Virus record (IMG/VR): IMGVR_UViG_3300003778_000107
Location: 1 to 34,123 of that record
Length of the DNA stretch: 34,123 bases
Source: a virus
Taxonomy: Duplodnaviria; Caudoviricetes
Reading direction: 5' to 3' (one strand)
The notes under the pieces were generated by a model. It did no database searches and had not been told where the DNA came from. It saw only the letters and a list, made by a program, of their open reading frames with translations. Shown here one piece after another: positions 1 to 11,600 of the stretch (positions within the stretch are counted from its first letter, which is position 1; each line of letters begins with the position of its first letter). Position numbers and translations under genes: made by a program.

Positions 1-1341
1 TCATGCCACCGCCTCGGCAGCCTGCCGGGCATCGGCGGCGAGGCTGCCGACGCCGCCGGGGCGCAGCCGGAGTTCAAGGTTGGTCGGCGTCACGATGACC
101 CGCTCCACCAGCAACCGGACCAGCCGCTGCTGTTCGGCGGGGAACAGTTGCTCCCACACCCGGTCGACCTGCGTCATCGCCACCGTGACCTGCGCGGCGT
201 CCAAGGTAGGATCGAGAGAAATCGCCTGCGGGATCATCGCCTCGACCATCTCCGGCGCACGCAGCAACTGGCGCAGTTGTCCGACCACCGCCACCTCCAG
301 TTCGGCCGCAGGCAGGCGCGGCAGGCCCGACGTGCCCCGCCCCTCGTGGATGTCGCGCGTGCTCAGGTAGTAGCGGTAGACCCGTCCGTTAGCCTTTTTC
401 GTGTGCCACGGCGACAGGGCGCGGCCGTCGGGGCCAGTCAGCAGACCCTTCAGCAGGAAATCCACCTTGCCGCGCGAAGTGGCTGCGCGGACTCGGCCGT
501 TCACCTGCAGCAACGCATGCGCCTCGTCCCAGAGCGCCTTGTCGATGATCGCGGGGTGCGTGCTTTCGACGTACTCGCCACGATGCTTGAGTTCGCCCCG
601 ATACGTTCGGCAATGCAGCATGCCGTGGATGGAACTCTTGTCGTGCAGCTTGCCGGGCCGCACCGTGCCCGCCTTCGTCGTCCACGTCTTGTTGCACCAG
701 CCGCGCACCCTCACCTCCTGCACGACCTTCAGGATCGAGCCCAACTCGACGAAGCGGCGGAATATCGTCCGGACCTGTTCGGCCTCTTTCTCGTTCACCA
801 CCAGCCGCCGATCCACGACGTCGTACCCCAGCGGGCAGATCCCGTGCATCCACAACCCCTTCTTCTTGCTGGCGGCAAACTTGTCGCGGATACGCTCGGC
901 GGTCAGCTCTCGCTCGAACTGTGCGAACGCGAGAAGGATGTTCAGCATCATCCTTCCCATCGCGTCCGTGGTGTTGATCTGCTGCGTGACTGACACGAAG
1001 GTCGTGCCGTATTCCTCGAAGACCTTGACCAACTCGGCGAAGTCGAATAGCGATCGCGTCAGGCGGTCGATCTTGTAGACCACGACGATGTCGATCTGGC
1101 CCGCGCGGATATCCTCCATAAGGCGCTGCAAGGCAGGACGCAACAATGTTCCACCGGAGAAGCCACCGTCGTCGTAGTCGCCCGCGACCGGAATCCAGCC
1201 CTCCATGCGACGGCTGGCGATGAACGCCGACCCTGCGTCGCGCTGGGCGTCGATCGAGGTGTATTCCGCATCGAGCCCTTCGTCCGTGGACTTGCGGGTG
1301 TAGACCGCACAACGCAGCCGCTTGGTCGGAACGGCGCTCAT
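1..1341 (-). CDS. Large serine recombinase (resolvase + recombinase domains), probable integrase
   Basis: N-terminal YTRKS catalytic motif, DDGGFSGG..RPALQRL, VVVYKIDRLTRS, FAQFERE, PLGYD recombinase domain, HPAII. Confidence 0.95.
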   Translation of the reverse strand: MSAVPTKRLRCAVYTRKSTDEGLDAEYTSIDAQRDAGSAFIASRRMEGWIPVAGDYDDGGFSGGTLLRPALQRLMEDIRAGQIDIVVVYKIDRLTRSLFDFAELVKVFEEYGTTFVSVTQQINTTDAMGRMMLNILLAFAQFERELTAERIRDKFAASKKKGLWMHGICPLGYDVVDRRLVVNEKEAEQVRTIFRRFVELGSILKVVQEVRVRGWCNKTWTTKAGTVRPGKLHDKSSIHGMLHCRTYRGELKHRGEYVESTHPAIIDKALWDEAHALLQVNGRVRAATSRGKVDFLLKGLLTGPDGRALSPWHTKKANGRVYRYYLSTRDIHEGRGTSGLPRLPAAELEVAVVGQLRQLLRAPEMVEAMIPQAISLDPTLDAAQVTVAMTQVDRVWEQLFPAEQQRLVRLLVERVIVTPTNLELRLRPGGVGSLAADARQAAEAVA

Positions 1342-1808
1342 CGGTGCGTCCCCTTGCGCAATCCGAAGAACGCCGGCCCGGACCAGCGTGTGCCGGTGAT
1401 CTCGCGGGCGATCATCGACAGGCTGGGATACCGCTTGCCGGCGTACTCGAATTCGTCATCGGGCAAGACCCGGACCCGATGTTCGGCGCCGGCATAGACG
1501 CGGATCAGTTCCGTACCCGCAATCGGCGTCGCGCCGGTCTTCTGGCGTTTCAGCGTGCCGGTCGCGACTAGTTGGTCGATCCGACGCTGGTTGCGTTCGA
1601 GCAGGCCATGATCGGTCTTGGCGAATTCGATCTCCTGCCAGCGGTGGGCGATCCGCTTCTCGACGAAGCGTCGATTGGCGACGGGCGGATCACCGCCGAA
1701 GAGTCGATGCCATTCTTTCTTGATGTCGGGCCATGACCAATCGGCCAGGTGCGCGATGCGTGCGACCATCGATGCGGCGGTCGCCGCGGGAGGGGATTGT
1801 TGCGTCAT
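1338..1808 (-). CDS. DUF2924 domain-containing protein
   Basis: GTELIRVY.G.EHRVRV...FEYAGKRYPSLSMIAREITGTRWSGPAFFGL signature; 4-nt overlap with the recombinase start, the usual pairing. Confidence 0.9.
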   Translation of the reverse strand: MTQQSPPAATAASMVARIAHLADWSWPDIKKEWHRLFGGDPPVANRRFVEKRIAHRWQEIEFAKTDHGLLERNQRRIDQLVATGTLKRQKTGATPIAGTELIRVYAGAEHRVRVLPDDEFEYAGKRYPSLSMIAREITGTRWSGPAFFGLRKGTHR

Positions 1809-2014
1809 GCCTGTGGACTCCGGTGAGCGGGGTTGGCATGTACGCGTGGGTGACCGGGAAAGCCAAGGTCAACCGGAGAGGAGGCGCTGACGGCGCCGTC
1901 GTGCGCGCCGCCGCCGCGTAGGCGGTGCAGGCCCTGGGCCAGCAGTGCGGCGGCCTCGGTGCGCCGCTGTGGCGGCGTCATGCGCGTCGGGTCGTGCAAG
2001 TTGGAAGGAAGCAT
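1805..2014 (-). CDS. Small hypothetical protein upstream of DUF2924
   Basis: MTPPQRRTEAAALLAQGLHRLR resembles small ORFs usually found before DUF2924; stop overlaps the DUF2924 start (ATGA). Its 3' part contains a promoter-like motif. Confidence 0.5.
   Translation of the reverse strand: MLPSNLHDPTRMTPPQRRTEAAALLAQGLHRLRGGGAHDGAVSASSPVDLGFPGHPRVHANPAHRSPQA
1836..1868 (-). promoter_or_regulatory. Degenerate copy of the TTGGCT-N18-TTCATG promoter element, upstream of DUF2924/recombinase
   Basis: Minus strand CCTTGGCTTTCCCGGTCACCCACGCGTACATGC has the same end motifs and spacing as the five copies at 23801-26111. Confidence 0.6.
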
Positions 2015-2094
2015 GGGGCATCCGCTGGATTATCAAACCAGCGGGCAGTGTCCCCAACGAATGCAGTTGCTGTATCGCAGCGTGACGTAATGAA

Positions 2095-2130
2095 AGCCAA
2101 AAGCAACAACCCCGCACGAGGCGGGGTTGT
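2095..2130 (-). terminator. Rho-independent terminator downstream of the Rhs toxin/immunity pair
   Basis: Perfect 10-bp stem ACAACCCCGC (2106-2115) / GCGGGGTTGT (2121-2130), followed on the minus strand by TGCTTTTGGCT. Confidence 0.75.
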
Positions 2131-2193
2131 CGTTCGTTCCGTTTATTTCGCTAGCATCAACTATAAGTGGCCTTCGGACTCACTGACCTTAGC

Positions 2194-2691
2194 TCAATTC
2201 GTGTTGAACCCATCAAAATCAAGCCAATCGGTCTTCGTCGAGATCACGCCCTTGCTTGTTTCGATCTCAATCTGTATTTGGTACTTCACGTATCCGCCTC
2301 GCCTACCAGGAAACACGCAGTCATCAAAAGCGAAAAACAGGCTTTGAGATTGAAACCACGGGCTCATGTACGGACGACCCTCGGTGACCCGCACCATTTT
2401 TCTATCTTTCGGCCATCTGCTGCCAGAGATCGAATCTGCTGGATGTCGGGGCAGATTTTCCTTATGACAACCGACGATCTCTCCTTGCGAATTCATCACT
2501 AACACACTCGCGAAAGCGGCGGGGAATCCCGGGCTTGGCGACTCTGTTTGGAAAGCGTCGAATTTGATTTTTCGATCCGTTTTTACAACGATCCGAAATT
2601 CATCTTTCGACTCATCCACCTCGATCGTCACAGACTCCCGCGGGGTAGCGGACAGCGACGCGAACAACATTGGGATCAGCAGCACTTTCAT
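2194..2691 (-). CDS. Probable periplasmic immunity protein for the Rhs toxin
   Basis: ATG at 2691 overlaps the Rhs stop (ATGA). N-terminal signal peptide MKVLLIPMLFASLSA; lower GC than flanks. Confidence 0.7.
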   Translation of the reverse strand: MKVLLIPMLFASLSATPRESVTIEVDESKDEFRIVVKTDRKIKFDAFQTESPSPGFPAAFASVLVMNSQGEIVGCHKENLPRHPADSISGSRWPKDRKMVRVTEGRPYMSPWFQSQSLFFAFDDCVFPGRRGGYVKYQIQIEIETSKGVISTKTDWLDFDGFNTN

Positions 2692-5600
2692 CTCGTTTGC
2701 CTCCAATATTCGGGATCTGCCCCAGCCCACCCATTTTCCACGCGCTTCTGAGTGGTTTTTGACACTCCGCCGTCAGGCGTGTCGTAAAGATTAGTGCCCG
2801 ATGCCATCGTAACGATTCCAGGCGCGGTATATGTCGCCGCATGCTTGATGAAGCCATTCACGCGATAGATCACCATGTCGCCCACCATCGGCGATTGCAC
2901 GCGCTGCAGAATATCAGGATTCTTTTTGGTGAATTCGGCAAACCACGGATTGAAGTCTTGCTCTTCAATCCAATACTCCACACCTCCGATCGCGACCGAG
3001 AAGCAGTCAAAGTCCCACTCCAGCTTTCCCGTTTCGTTCTTGTATGCCGTCAATCGACTTCCGTCGATCATCACCAACTGCCCACGGCGCATTCTCGCCG
3101 ATTCAGAGAGCTTTCCGCTTGCTCTCAGCTCAATGGTGTTTTTCTCGCCGGAGAACACAGGCCTTCCCTTCTTGTCGCGCTTCACCAGATCCACACGATT
3201 CTCGGGTGCGCCTAGCGCTTCGCCCTCCTCGGCACCACCATCGTCGCCGGACAGCATGCCATCGTTTTCCGTCCAGTTGTCGCCTGCATCGTTCGGCCCA
3301 CCGCCGGCACCCCGGCCGACCCGGTCGCTTGAGTTCGACGCGACACCCTTGTTGCTCGGTGCAGCCGCCTGCTCCTTCCTGCCCACGCCGGTGACGCCCG
3401 TCGGCGCAGCACCGCCGTTCTCCCCCCGTGACTTGTTGTCCGCGGCGATCGCGCTGAACGTCGCGCCTGAGGCCTTCACCGACAGCTTGCCATCCTTGCC
3501 CACCTTGTAGTCGACGTTGTGCTCCTTGCCATCGGAGGTGGTGTAGGTGCAACTGCCGCTGCCCTTTTCCTTCGCGCTCACATCGCCGCAGGAGGCCGCA
3601 TACCCTGTCGGATCGGTACCCGAGAGCGGATTGTTCGCGATGTAGGAATAGGGGTTCAGCGACTGACTGTTCAGCGGATTCTGGATCAGCGGATCGACGC
3701 CCGTGAAGCGGCCGAGGTTGTAATCGAACACGCGTCCGTTCATGTGGATCAGTTCAAGCTGGTTCAGATGCTCGTGCTGCGTGAAGCCCTTCGGCGTGAC
3801 GCTGGTGCTGCCGAGCTTGGGCGGCGTCAGGTCGGCCCACGTGCCCGAGCGCGGTTTGCCGAACGCATCGTAGCCGCGCGTTTCGGTGATAGCGCCCGCG
3901 CTGCTCGCGACCGCATCGACGCTGCCCAGACGATCCTTCAGCAGGTACTCGACCTTTCTCGGATTGCCGCCTCCACTGGTGATCACCACGTAATCGCCAA
4001 CGTAGATCTTGATTTCGTTAGTGTCGATGCGGTGTTCGTAACCGGGCAGATACACGCGCGATCCGTCGCTGCCCCAACTCCGCGTGCGCTGGCCATCGGC
4101 ACCGTAGCGGAAGTCGTCGCGGTTCGCACCGCGCTGCGCCACCGTCGGCAGATTCATGTGGTCGTACTTGATCGACAACCCGGCGTTGTCGCTGGTCAGA
4201 TTGCCGTTCGCGTCGTAGCAGTAGGCGCGCGTGGTGCTGTTGACCAGCGTCACCGACTTCACGGCGTTCGCTCCGCCGCCGCAACTGCCACCGGTGTACA
4301 CGTAGGCGTTCGCTGCATTGCTGCTGAAGTCGGTCTTCTTGGTGAAATTGCCGACCGAATCGAAGCCGTAGTTCACCGTACCGGATGCCGTACCACTGCG
4401 GATCGCGCTGACGATGCGGTGCAACTGGTCATAGCTGTAGTCCTCCTGGCTTTGGCCGGCGTTGAGCGTCTGCCGCGTCAGATTGCCGAACACGTCATAC
4501 CCGTAGCCGAGTTTGCGCAGGTCGCTGCCGTTTCGGCTGTAACGCAGTTCGGTGAGCTGGCCCGTTTGCGCCTGGTACTGCGGGTTCAACACGACCCCAT
4601 TGCCGAAGGTCTCCTGCAGGGTTTGACCGCGCGCGTTGACGCTGTCGAGTCGGCGATACTCGGTGCCGAGGACCGGATCTCGCTCGGCCAGCGGGTCGCC
4701 GTAGGCGCTGTACACCAGTTGCAACGTTTCGCCATTGGGGAATTCCTGCCCGACCGGGCGCCCGTAGTAGCTGTCGTAGCGGGTCCTGAAGCGATAGGTC
4801 TGGCTCCCGGTGGTCAGGGCCTGGGTGATGTCGGTCTGGACCGGACGCGCGAGGCTGTCATAGACCGTGGCCTTCGACCGCTCGACGACGCCATTGATCG
4901 TGCGCTGCTCGCTCGCCGGGGCACCCTTGGCATTCGCCGGGTCATAGGTCCAGATATCGACCACCGGCTCGGTCACGCCATCGCCGGTCGCATCCGCTGT
5001 CGCGCTGCGGGTAAGCGTCCGCCCCAGCTTGTCGTAGCTCATCGACGTGACGATGCCTCTGGCGTCGGTCTGGCTCAACAATTCACCCAGGGCGTTGTAG
5101 GCGAAGCTCCAGGTGCCCTGGTTCGGATCGACGATGCTCGTGCGCTGGCCGATGGCGTTGTAGACGGCCTGGGTGACGACCGCCTTCGCGTCCTCGATCG
5201 CCACCACGTTGCCTCTGGCTTCGTACCAGAACCGGGTTCTGCCGTTCAATGCGTCGCGCGTCTCGACATAGCGGCCTGCGCTGTCCGTCGTCCGCGAGAG
5301 GTTCAGACAGTTTCCGGTACCACCATCGTTGCTGCCGCAGACCTGGATGGTCGTCGTGCGCCCGGCGTAGCCATAGGTCGTGACCATGTCGCCGCGGCCG
5401 TCGATGCCCTGCTTGGGCACCGTCTTCTTCGTCATCCTGCCCAGCACATCGTTGTGCTCGAACGTCGTCCAAGTCCAGTCCGGCTCGCTCCTGCGTGGTT
5501 CGGATTGTCGCCAGACCTGGCCGCGTGCCGTGTACTCGGTCAAGGTACGGGTCCACTGCCCGTCCATCTGCGTCTGGGCCTTCGTCCGCAGGCGTCCCAG

Positions 5601-8600
5601 CGCATCGAACCGCACCTCGTTCACCGGCGCTCCGTCCTGCACCGTGGTCAATCGGTACACCTCGCCCGGTGCGCAGGTACTCGGCAGACAGGCACTCACC
5701 GCAAGGTGCTGGTCCGGCGTGACCATCACGCTGTCGGTCGCGCCGCGCAGGCGCTTCTTGACCGCGAAGCCGAAGGCGTCGTAGTCGATCAGCGTGCGTA
5801 GGCCGTTGGCGTCGATGGTCAGACTCGGCTGACCGTCGCGCGCGCGCACCACGTTGCTCGCGCCATGCCCCAAGGCGTTCGCCACCGTCTCAGGGAAGTA
5901 TCCATCCGCGCTGAAGGTGGTGCCGACGCTCCTCGTGCCGTTGGGATCGCCCGCCGCGCTCACGCCCACACCCGAGGGCAGACCGTAGTTGTTGCTCGCG
6001 GGATACGTGTACGCGGTGACGCGCTGCTGATTGGCGATGCCCGGCTGCACTGTCTCGGTCGACGGCGTGCGGTTCGCGTTCCAACCGTAGTCGGTCGTGA
6101 CGGTGATGAACGGGGTGCTGGTGCCCGCCGGCAGAGGATGCTCCGTCGTGTCCCACACCACTTTGGTCTTGACGACCGTCCTGGTCAGCTTGTCGAGCCA
6201 CCAGTCCGCCGTAGTCGTTGTGTACGTGTTCGCCTCGCTCACGCACTGGCGATCGAGCCGGTTCACGGTACCGCTGGCGCTGCCGGTGCCGAGGTCGCGA
6301 CGATGGGTCGTGCGCGCCCTGAGATTGCCGTAGGCGTCATAACCGGAGGCCGTGGCGAAGGTGCCGACGCAGGTGGTATCGGCCGCCGCAACTTCCTGCG
6401 TGTAACCGAGAATGGCCGGCGTGCCGCCCGTTGCCGCGGTCGTCGCATCATATGTCCACGCTTCCTTCGTATCGAGGAACGGGAAGATCTTCTTCGGCGT
6501 GCCGTAGGTCGGCGTACACGCGGCCGTATCGGCACGGTTCGCGAGGTTGCAGCGCCATGCATACGTCTCGCGGCTGATCGCGCCGTCCTCGCCCGTGCGT
6601 GAGATCGGATTGACGACGATCCGTTCTGGCTGGCTGGTCAGCGGGAACTTCTGGTGGAAGGTGGTTGTGGTGCGCAGGCCGGCGATCTCGTCCTCTTCGA
6701 TCACTGTGCGGAAGCCCTGGAAGCCTCGGCCCTGCGTGTTGTAGATGGCCTCGCCATAGCCGTAGCGCCAGGTGCGGAACCCGCCGATCCCATCCGACTG
6801 ACTCATTTGCGCGACGACGCTCATCGACGAGGTGAAATAGATGTGGCGCTCATCGATGTAACGCTGCGATGCCACCATCGGCACGCTGTACAGCGGCGTT
6901 TGCCCCGCCGAGCGTCCGGCCTTGCCCGCCAGCGGCGCGTAACTCCACACCGTTTGATGGCCAAGGCCATCGGTGACCATGCCGAGCACGTCCTGCGTTT
7001 GCGGCGTGAGGCCATCCAGATTCTTCGCCGCACCGGGGCCGGTAGCTTCGCTGACGAGCACGCGCCCGGTGAGAATCGGCAGGCCGCCAGGCAGCGTGCG
7101 CGGGGACTGCGTCTCCGAGATCGGCGTGCCGTCGCCTTTTTCGACCGGGATGCCGAACACATCGCGCAGCCCGAACTCCGGGGAGGTCAGCATCAGGTGG
7201 TCACCGTGACCGTCGCCATACAGATCGTCGCCCGGCAGATTCGCCGCCCCCGAGAGCAAGGGCGTCGTGACCGTGGTCACCACCGGCGTGCCGTCCGCCG
7301 CCTCGGTGATGCGCAATGCGCTCATCTTGTAGGTGCTGTAGTCCGGCCACCCGCTCTCGTGCGACCCCACCGTGACGGCCCCGTGCCACAGATTCACCTC
7401 AGGATGCCCGTCGTCGTTCAAATCGCTGGCGACGCGCGTGACGACCGGGGGCGCCGCACCCGTCACCGGGTCTTCCGGGCACACCCAACGCTCGGAACCC
7501 GCCGTACACAACTGGCCCATGCCCATCTGCGTGCAGGTTTCCATGTTCTCCGGTTTGAGCACACACATATTGGCGGCGAAGCCGGTCGGGAACAGCAGTT
7601 CCGAACGACCGTCGCCATCGATATCGCTAGGCCGCAAATGCTGCGCCTGCCAGGGCGTCCACACGTGCGCGCACAGCGATTGCGAGGTGCTGTCGCTGCT
7701 GCCGCACCCGGCAAGGCCCGCATTGATGCCGAGGTTGTAGATCGTGCTGAACACGCCTCCGCGGTTGTAGCGCAGCTTCCATAGCTTGTCGTAGCCCACG
7801 TAGAGCCAGTCGTCCAAGCCGTCGCCGTTGACGTCCATCCACAGTGCGAACAGGCCGGATTTGTTTTCGTGCGCATCGCGAGGCTGCGCCGCCGGAAATA
7901 CCGAAGCGAACGGTGTACTCGTCAGGCTGTATCCGGCCGCAGTGCGCGTGCCGAACAGAATGCGATCCAGCTTGCGGCCCTGCGGGACATACGGGGTCCA
8001 CGCTTCGAGCGCCGACTCGATCAGGATATCGGGCAAGCCATCGCCGTCGAAGTCCTTCACGCCCTGTACTTCCTCGCCCTCGTACATCGCGTCGCCGACA
8101 TGCGGGACGGACAGGCAGTGACTCGCCGCTTGCGGAAATGTCGGTGCGCCCGTCGCCGGGTTGGTGGCGTTTGGCGTGTTGCGATAGACGTAGAGCTTGT
8201 TGGCGCAGCTGCCCGCGTTGGGCGATTCGCTGCGAACCAGGACGAGATCGGCACGACCATCGCCGTCCATATCGCCGACATGCACGAGGCCATCGACGGC
8301 GCTGGTCGTGCCCGGAACCGTGATCCCGGTATCGATCAGATTGCCGAATGCGGTGGTGAAGTTCGTGTCGGTGGGTGACCCGCTCCAAGTGCGGACCACG
8401 ATCCGGCCGGTTGCAGTTTCTCGGCCGACGAAATCCACGCGACCGTCCTGGTTAAAGTCGGCCGACTGCCCGAAGTGATGGATCGCATAGGTCCCAGGCA
8501 CCGTCATCGACCAACGCACCGTGCGATCGGGCGTGAGCGAGACGATGGTGCTGTAATCGACCAACACCTCCGTCGCACCGTCGCCGTCCATATCGCCGAG

Positions 8601-11600
8601 CGGTCGAATGTTGCCGTTCTTGGCCCCGATCGATTCGGGGATGAGATTGGGCGACTTCAACTCGAAGGTCATCGGCCCTTGCTGCCAGACGAACGAGGTG
8701 GGGGCCTTACACAACCACTGGCTGCCGTCGTGCGCGCAGTCGCTGACCAACTGCAGCAGACTACGGCCCGTGGTGGTGCTGACGGCGCTGCCGTAGGTCA
8801 ACACCCAACTGCGCACGGCCTCGCTGCCAACGAACGTGACTACCGAGGCCAGGCGCTGTGTTTGACGGGTCAGACCGCCGGCCAGATACGACGACACACG
8901 ATCGTTCGCGTTGCCGCCGCTGGGCCGCGCTTCGTAGTTGAATGCGACCCGGCGATTGCCGACGGTCGCGCCGAAGCCGGTGTAGAAAATCGACGACACC
9001 AGCGTCTCGCCGTTGCCGTAGCTGCTGTAGACGTAGTCGATACTGTTGCCGATGCGGTCTTCGTTGCGGACCTGCATCCAGGTCAACGGCACGGTGACGC
9101 CACCGGGGACGACACGCGCGGCCGAGGCCGCAGTGCTCGTGTTGCCGTACCACGCGATGTCGCCGGACTTGCGCTCGACCTTGAAATAGCTGTTGGTCGC
9201 GGTGAGGTTGCCACCCAACTGCGTCACCCGCACGAACGACTCCAGTTCGGTGCCGTAGGTGGCGTTGACCGCGCCGTAGGTGCCCCCGGTGAGGACGAGT
9301 CGCTGCCCGTCCAGGCACAGGCGGTCGCTTGCGTCGAGTTTGACCGCGCGGATCTGTCCGTCCTGCTCCAACGTCTGCGGACAGCGGTGGATCGACGACA
9401 GGCCCGACAGCGACCAGCCCATGCCGGCGATACCGTTGCCGGCACGGCTGCTGTAGTCGAGCGAGAGACTCGGCTGCATCCCGCGCCGGCCCGGTGGCAC
9501 CAGGATGGGAATGGTGTAGGTAGCGCCGCCGCCGGAGACGCCGCTTTGGCCAGAGACCTTGCCGACGCCTGGATCATGGACCGGCAACGCACCCAGCAGG
9601 CTCAAGGGCGATTGGTCGCCCAGCAACTCGAACGCACTGGCGCGCACGCGCACCACGGCGACCGCCGAAGTGCTGACGGTGCCGGTATTGTCGGTTGCCC
9701 GCGCGGTCAGGTTGTAATCGCCTCCCGCGCTCGGCGTCCAGTTCAGCGTGTACGGCGTGGTGGTATCGATCCCGAGCGACGTGCTGCCGGCGAAGAACTC
9801 GACTTGAGCGATCGTGCCGTCGGTATCGCTCGCGGTCGCCGAGAGCGATACCGCATTGGGCAGCACCGCGCCGGACTGATCGCTTGGCGAGGTGAGTTGC
9901 ACCAGCGGGCCGCTGTTGACGATCAGTGTGGACACGGTGGAGATCGTGACGCCGCCACGGCTGTCGAAGGCTTTCGCGGTCAGCGCGTAGCTGCCCGAGG
10001 TGATGCCGCTGAGCGCATGCGCGAACGGGGCCGTGGTGTCGATCGCAAGGAGGGTACCGTCGCGATAGAACTCAACCTTCGCGACGCTGTCGTCCGCATC
10101 GCTGGCGCTGGCTTCGATCGTCACGTCGGCGGGCGCCTGCTTGAGCGAATTGTTCGCGGGCGTGGTGATCGCGACGGCCGGCGGCGCATTGACGCTCGCA
10201 ACGCTCGTCGCCGTCGTGGCGGTGCCGCCGCGGTTATCGGTGGCGACCGCGGTGATCGTGTACACGCCGGCCGGCGCGTTTGTCCAGACCTGCGTATACG
10301 GTGCGGCGCTATCGGTGGCGACCAGGGTGCTTCCTGCGTAGAACTCGACCTTCACGATGCTGCCGTCCGTGTCGCTCGCGTTCGCCGACAGCGTTAGCAC
10401 ACCCGGTGCCTGCACGAGAGTGCCGGTCGTCGGCGCGGTCAGGCTCGCGCTCGGTAGCGCGTTGACGATCAGCGTATTCGCTGCCGAAACCGTGACTCCA
10501 CCGCGTGTATCGAAGGCTTTGGCGGTGAGGCTGTAGGTGCCGGCCGCGAGATTGCTCGCTTGCCAGGCGTAGGGCGCGGTCGTGTCGGTCGCCTGCAGGA
10601 CGCCATCACGATAGAACTCGACCTTGGACAGGCCGTCGTCGGGATCGCTGGCGGTGGCCTGCACCAGCGGACTCGCAGGTGCGCCCAGAATCGCACCCGA
10701 GATGGGCGAGGACACCGCCACGCTCGGCGGGTAGTTCACCGCAATCGCGACGGCGGATGAGGTCACGCTCACACCATCGTCGTCGGTGGCGCGTGCCGTG
10801 AAGCTGTAGTTGCCGGACGGAATGTTCGTCCAGGTGTAGGCATAAGGGGCCGTGGTGTCGGTCGCGAGCAAGGTCGTTCCGCTGTAGAACTCGACCTGCG
10901 TGATCGCGCTGTTGTCGCTGGCGGTGGCTTGAAGGCCGAGGTTCAACGGACCCTGATAGGTCGAGCCGTCGACCGGCGTACCCAGCCCCACCGTCGGCGG
11001 CGTGTTGACCTTGAGTGTATGCGTCGCTTCGCTCGCCGCACCTGCGTTGTCGTAGGCGCGCGCCTTGATCAGGAACGTGCCCGTGCCGGTGGGTGTCCAG
11101 GTCGTCGCGTAGGGAGCCGTCATGTCAGTTGCGATCAGGAGGTCGGAGACGAAGAACTCGACACGCGCGATGCTGCCATCCGCGTCGCTCGCATTCGCCG
11201 TGATCGAGACGCTTGGGCCATAAAGCACGACCTGTCCATTGGCGGGCGATGTGAGCGCCACGCTCGGCACCTGATTCGTGGGCGCGGTCACCGTGGCGTT
11301 CACGGTATTCGACTGCAAACTGCTTCCGAGATTGCTGAACACCACGGCGTAAATCGCATACGCACCGGCCGGCACACTGGTCCAGGTGAAGCTGTAGGGG
11401 AATGAGGTGTCGGTGCCGATCAAGCTGCCGTTGGCGTAGAATTCGACCTTGGTGATGCGCTCGCCGTCATCGCCGATGTCGGCAGCGACCTCCATCGCAA
11501 TCGTCGCGGGCGGGGCGTAATTGGTGCCGTTCGGCAGCGACAGATCGGCCTGGATCACCGACATCGGCGCGATGACGGTCTCCTCCGGAGGAGGCGGTGC

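Noticed and set aside
3519..10397. Long plus-strand ORFs (3519-5801, 6654-7784, 8475-10397)
   Set aside because: Antisense shadows of the Rhs gene.
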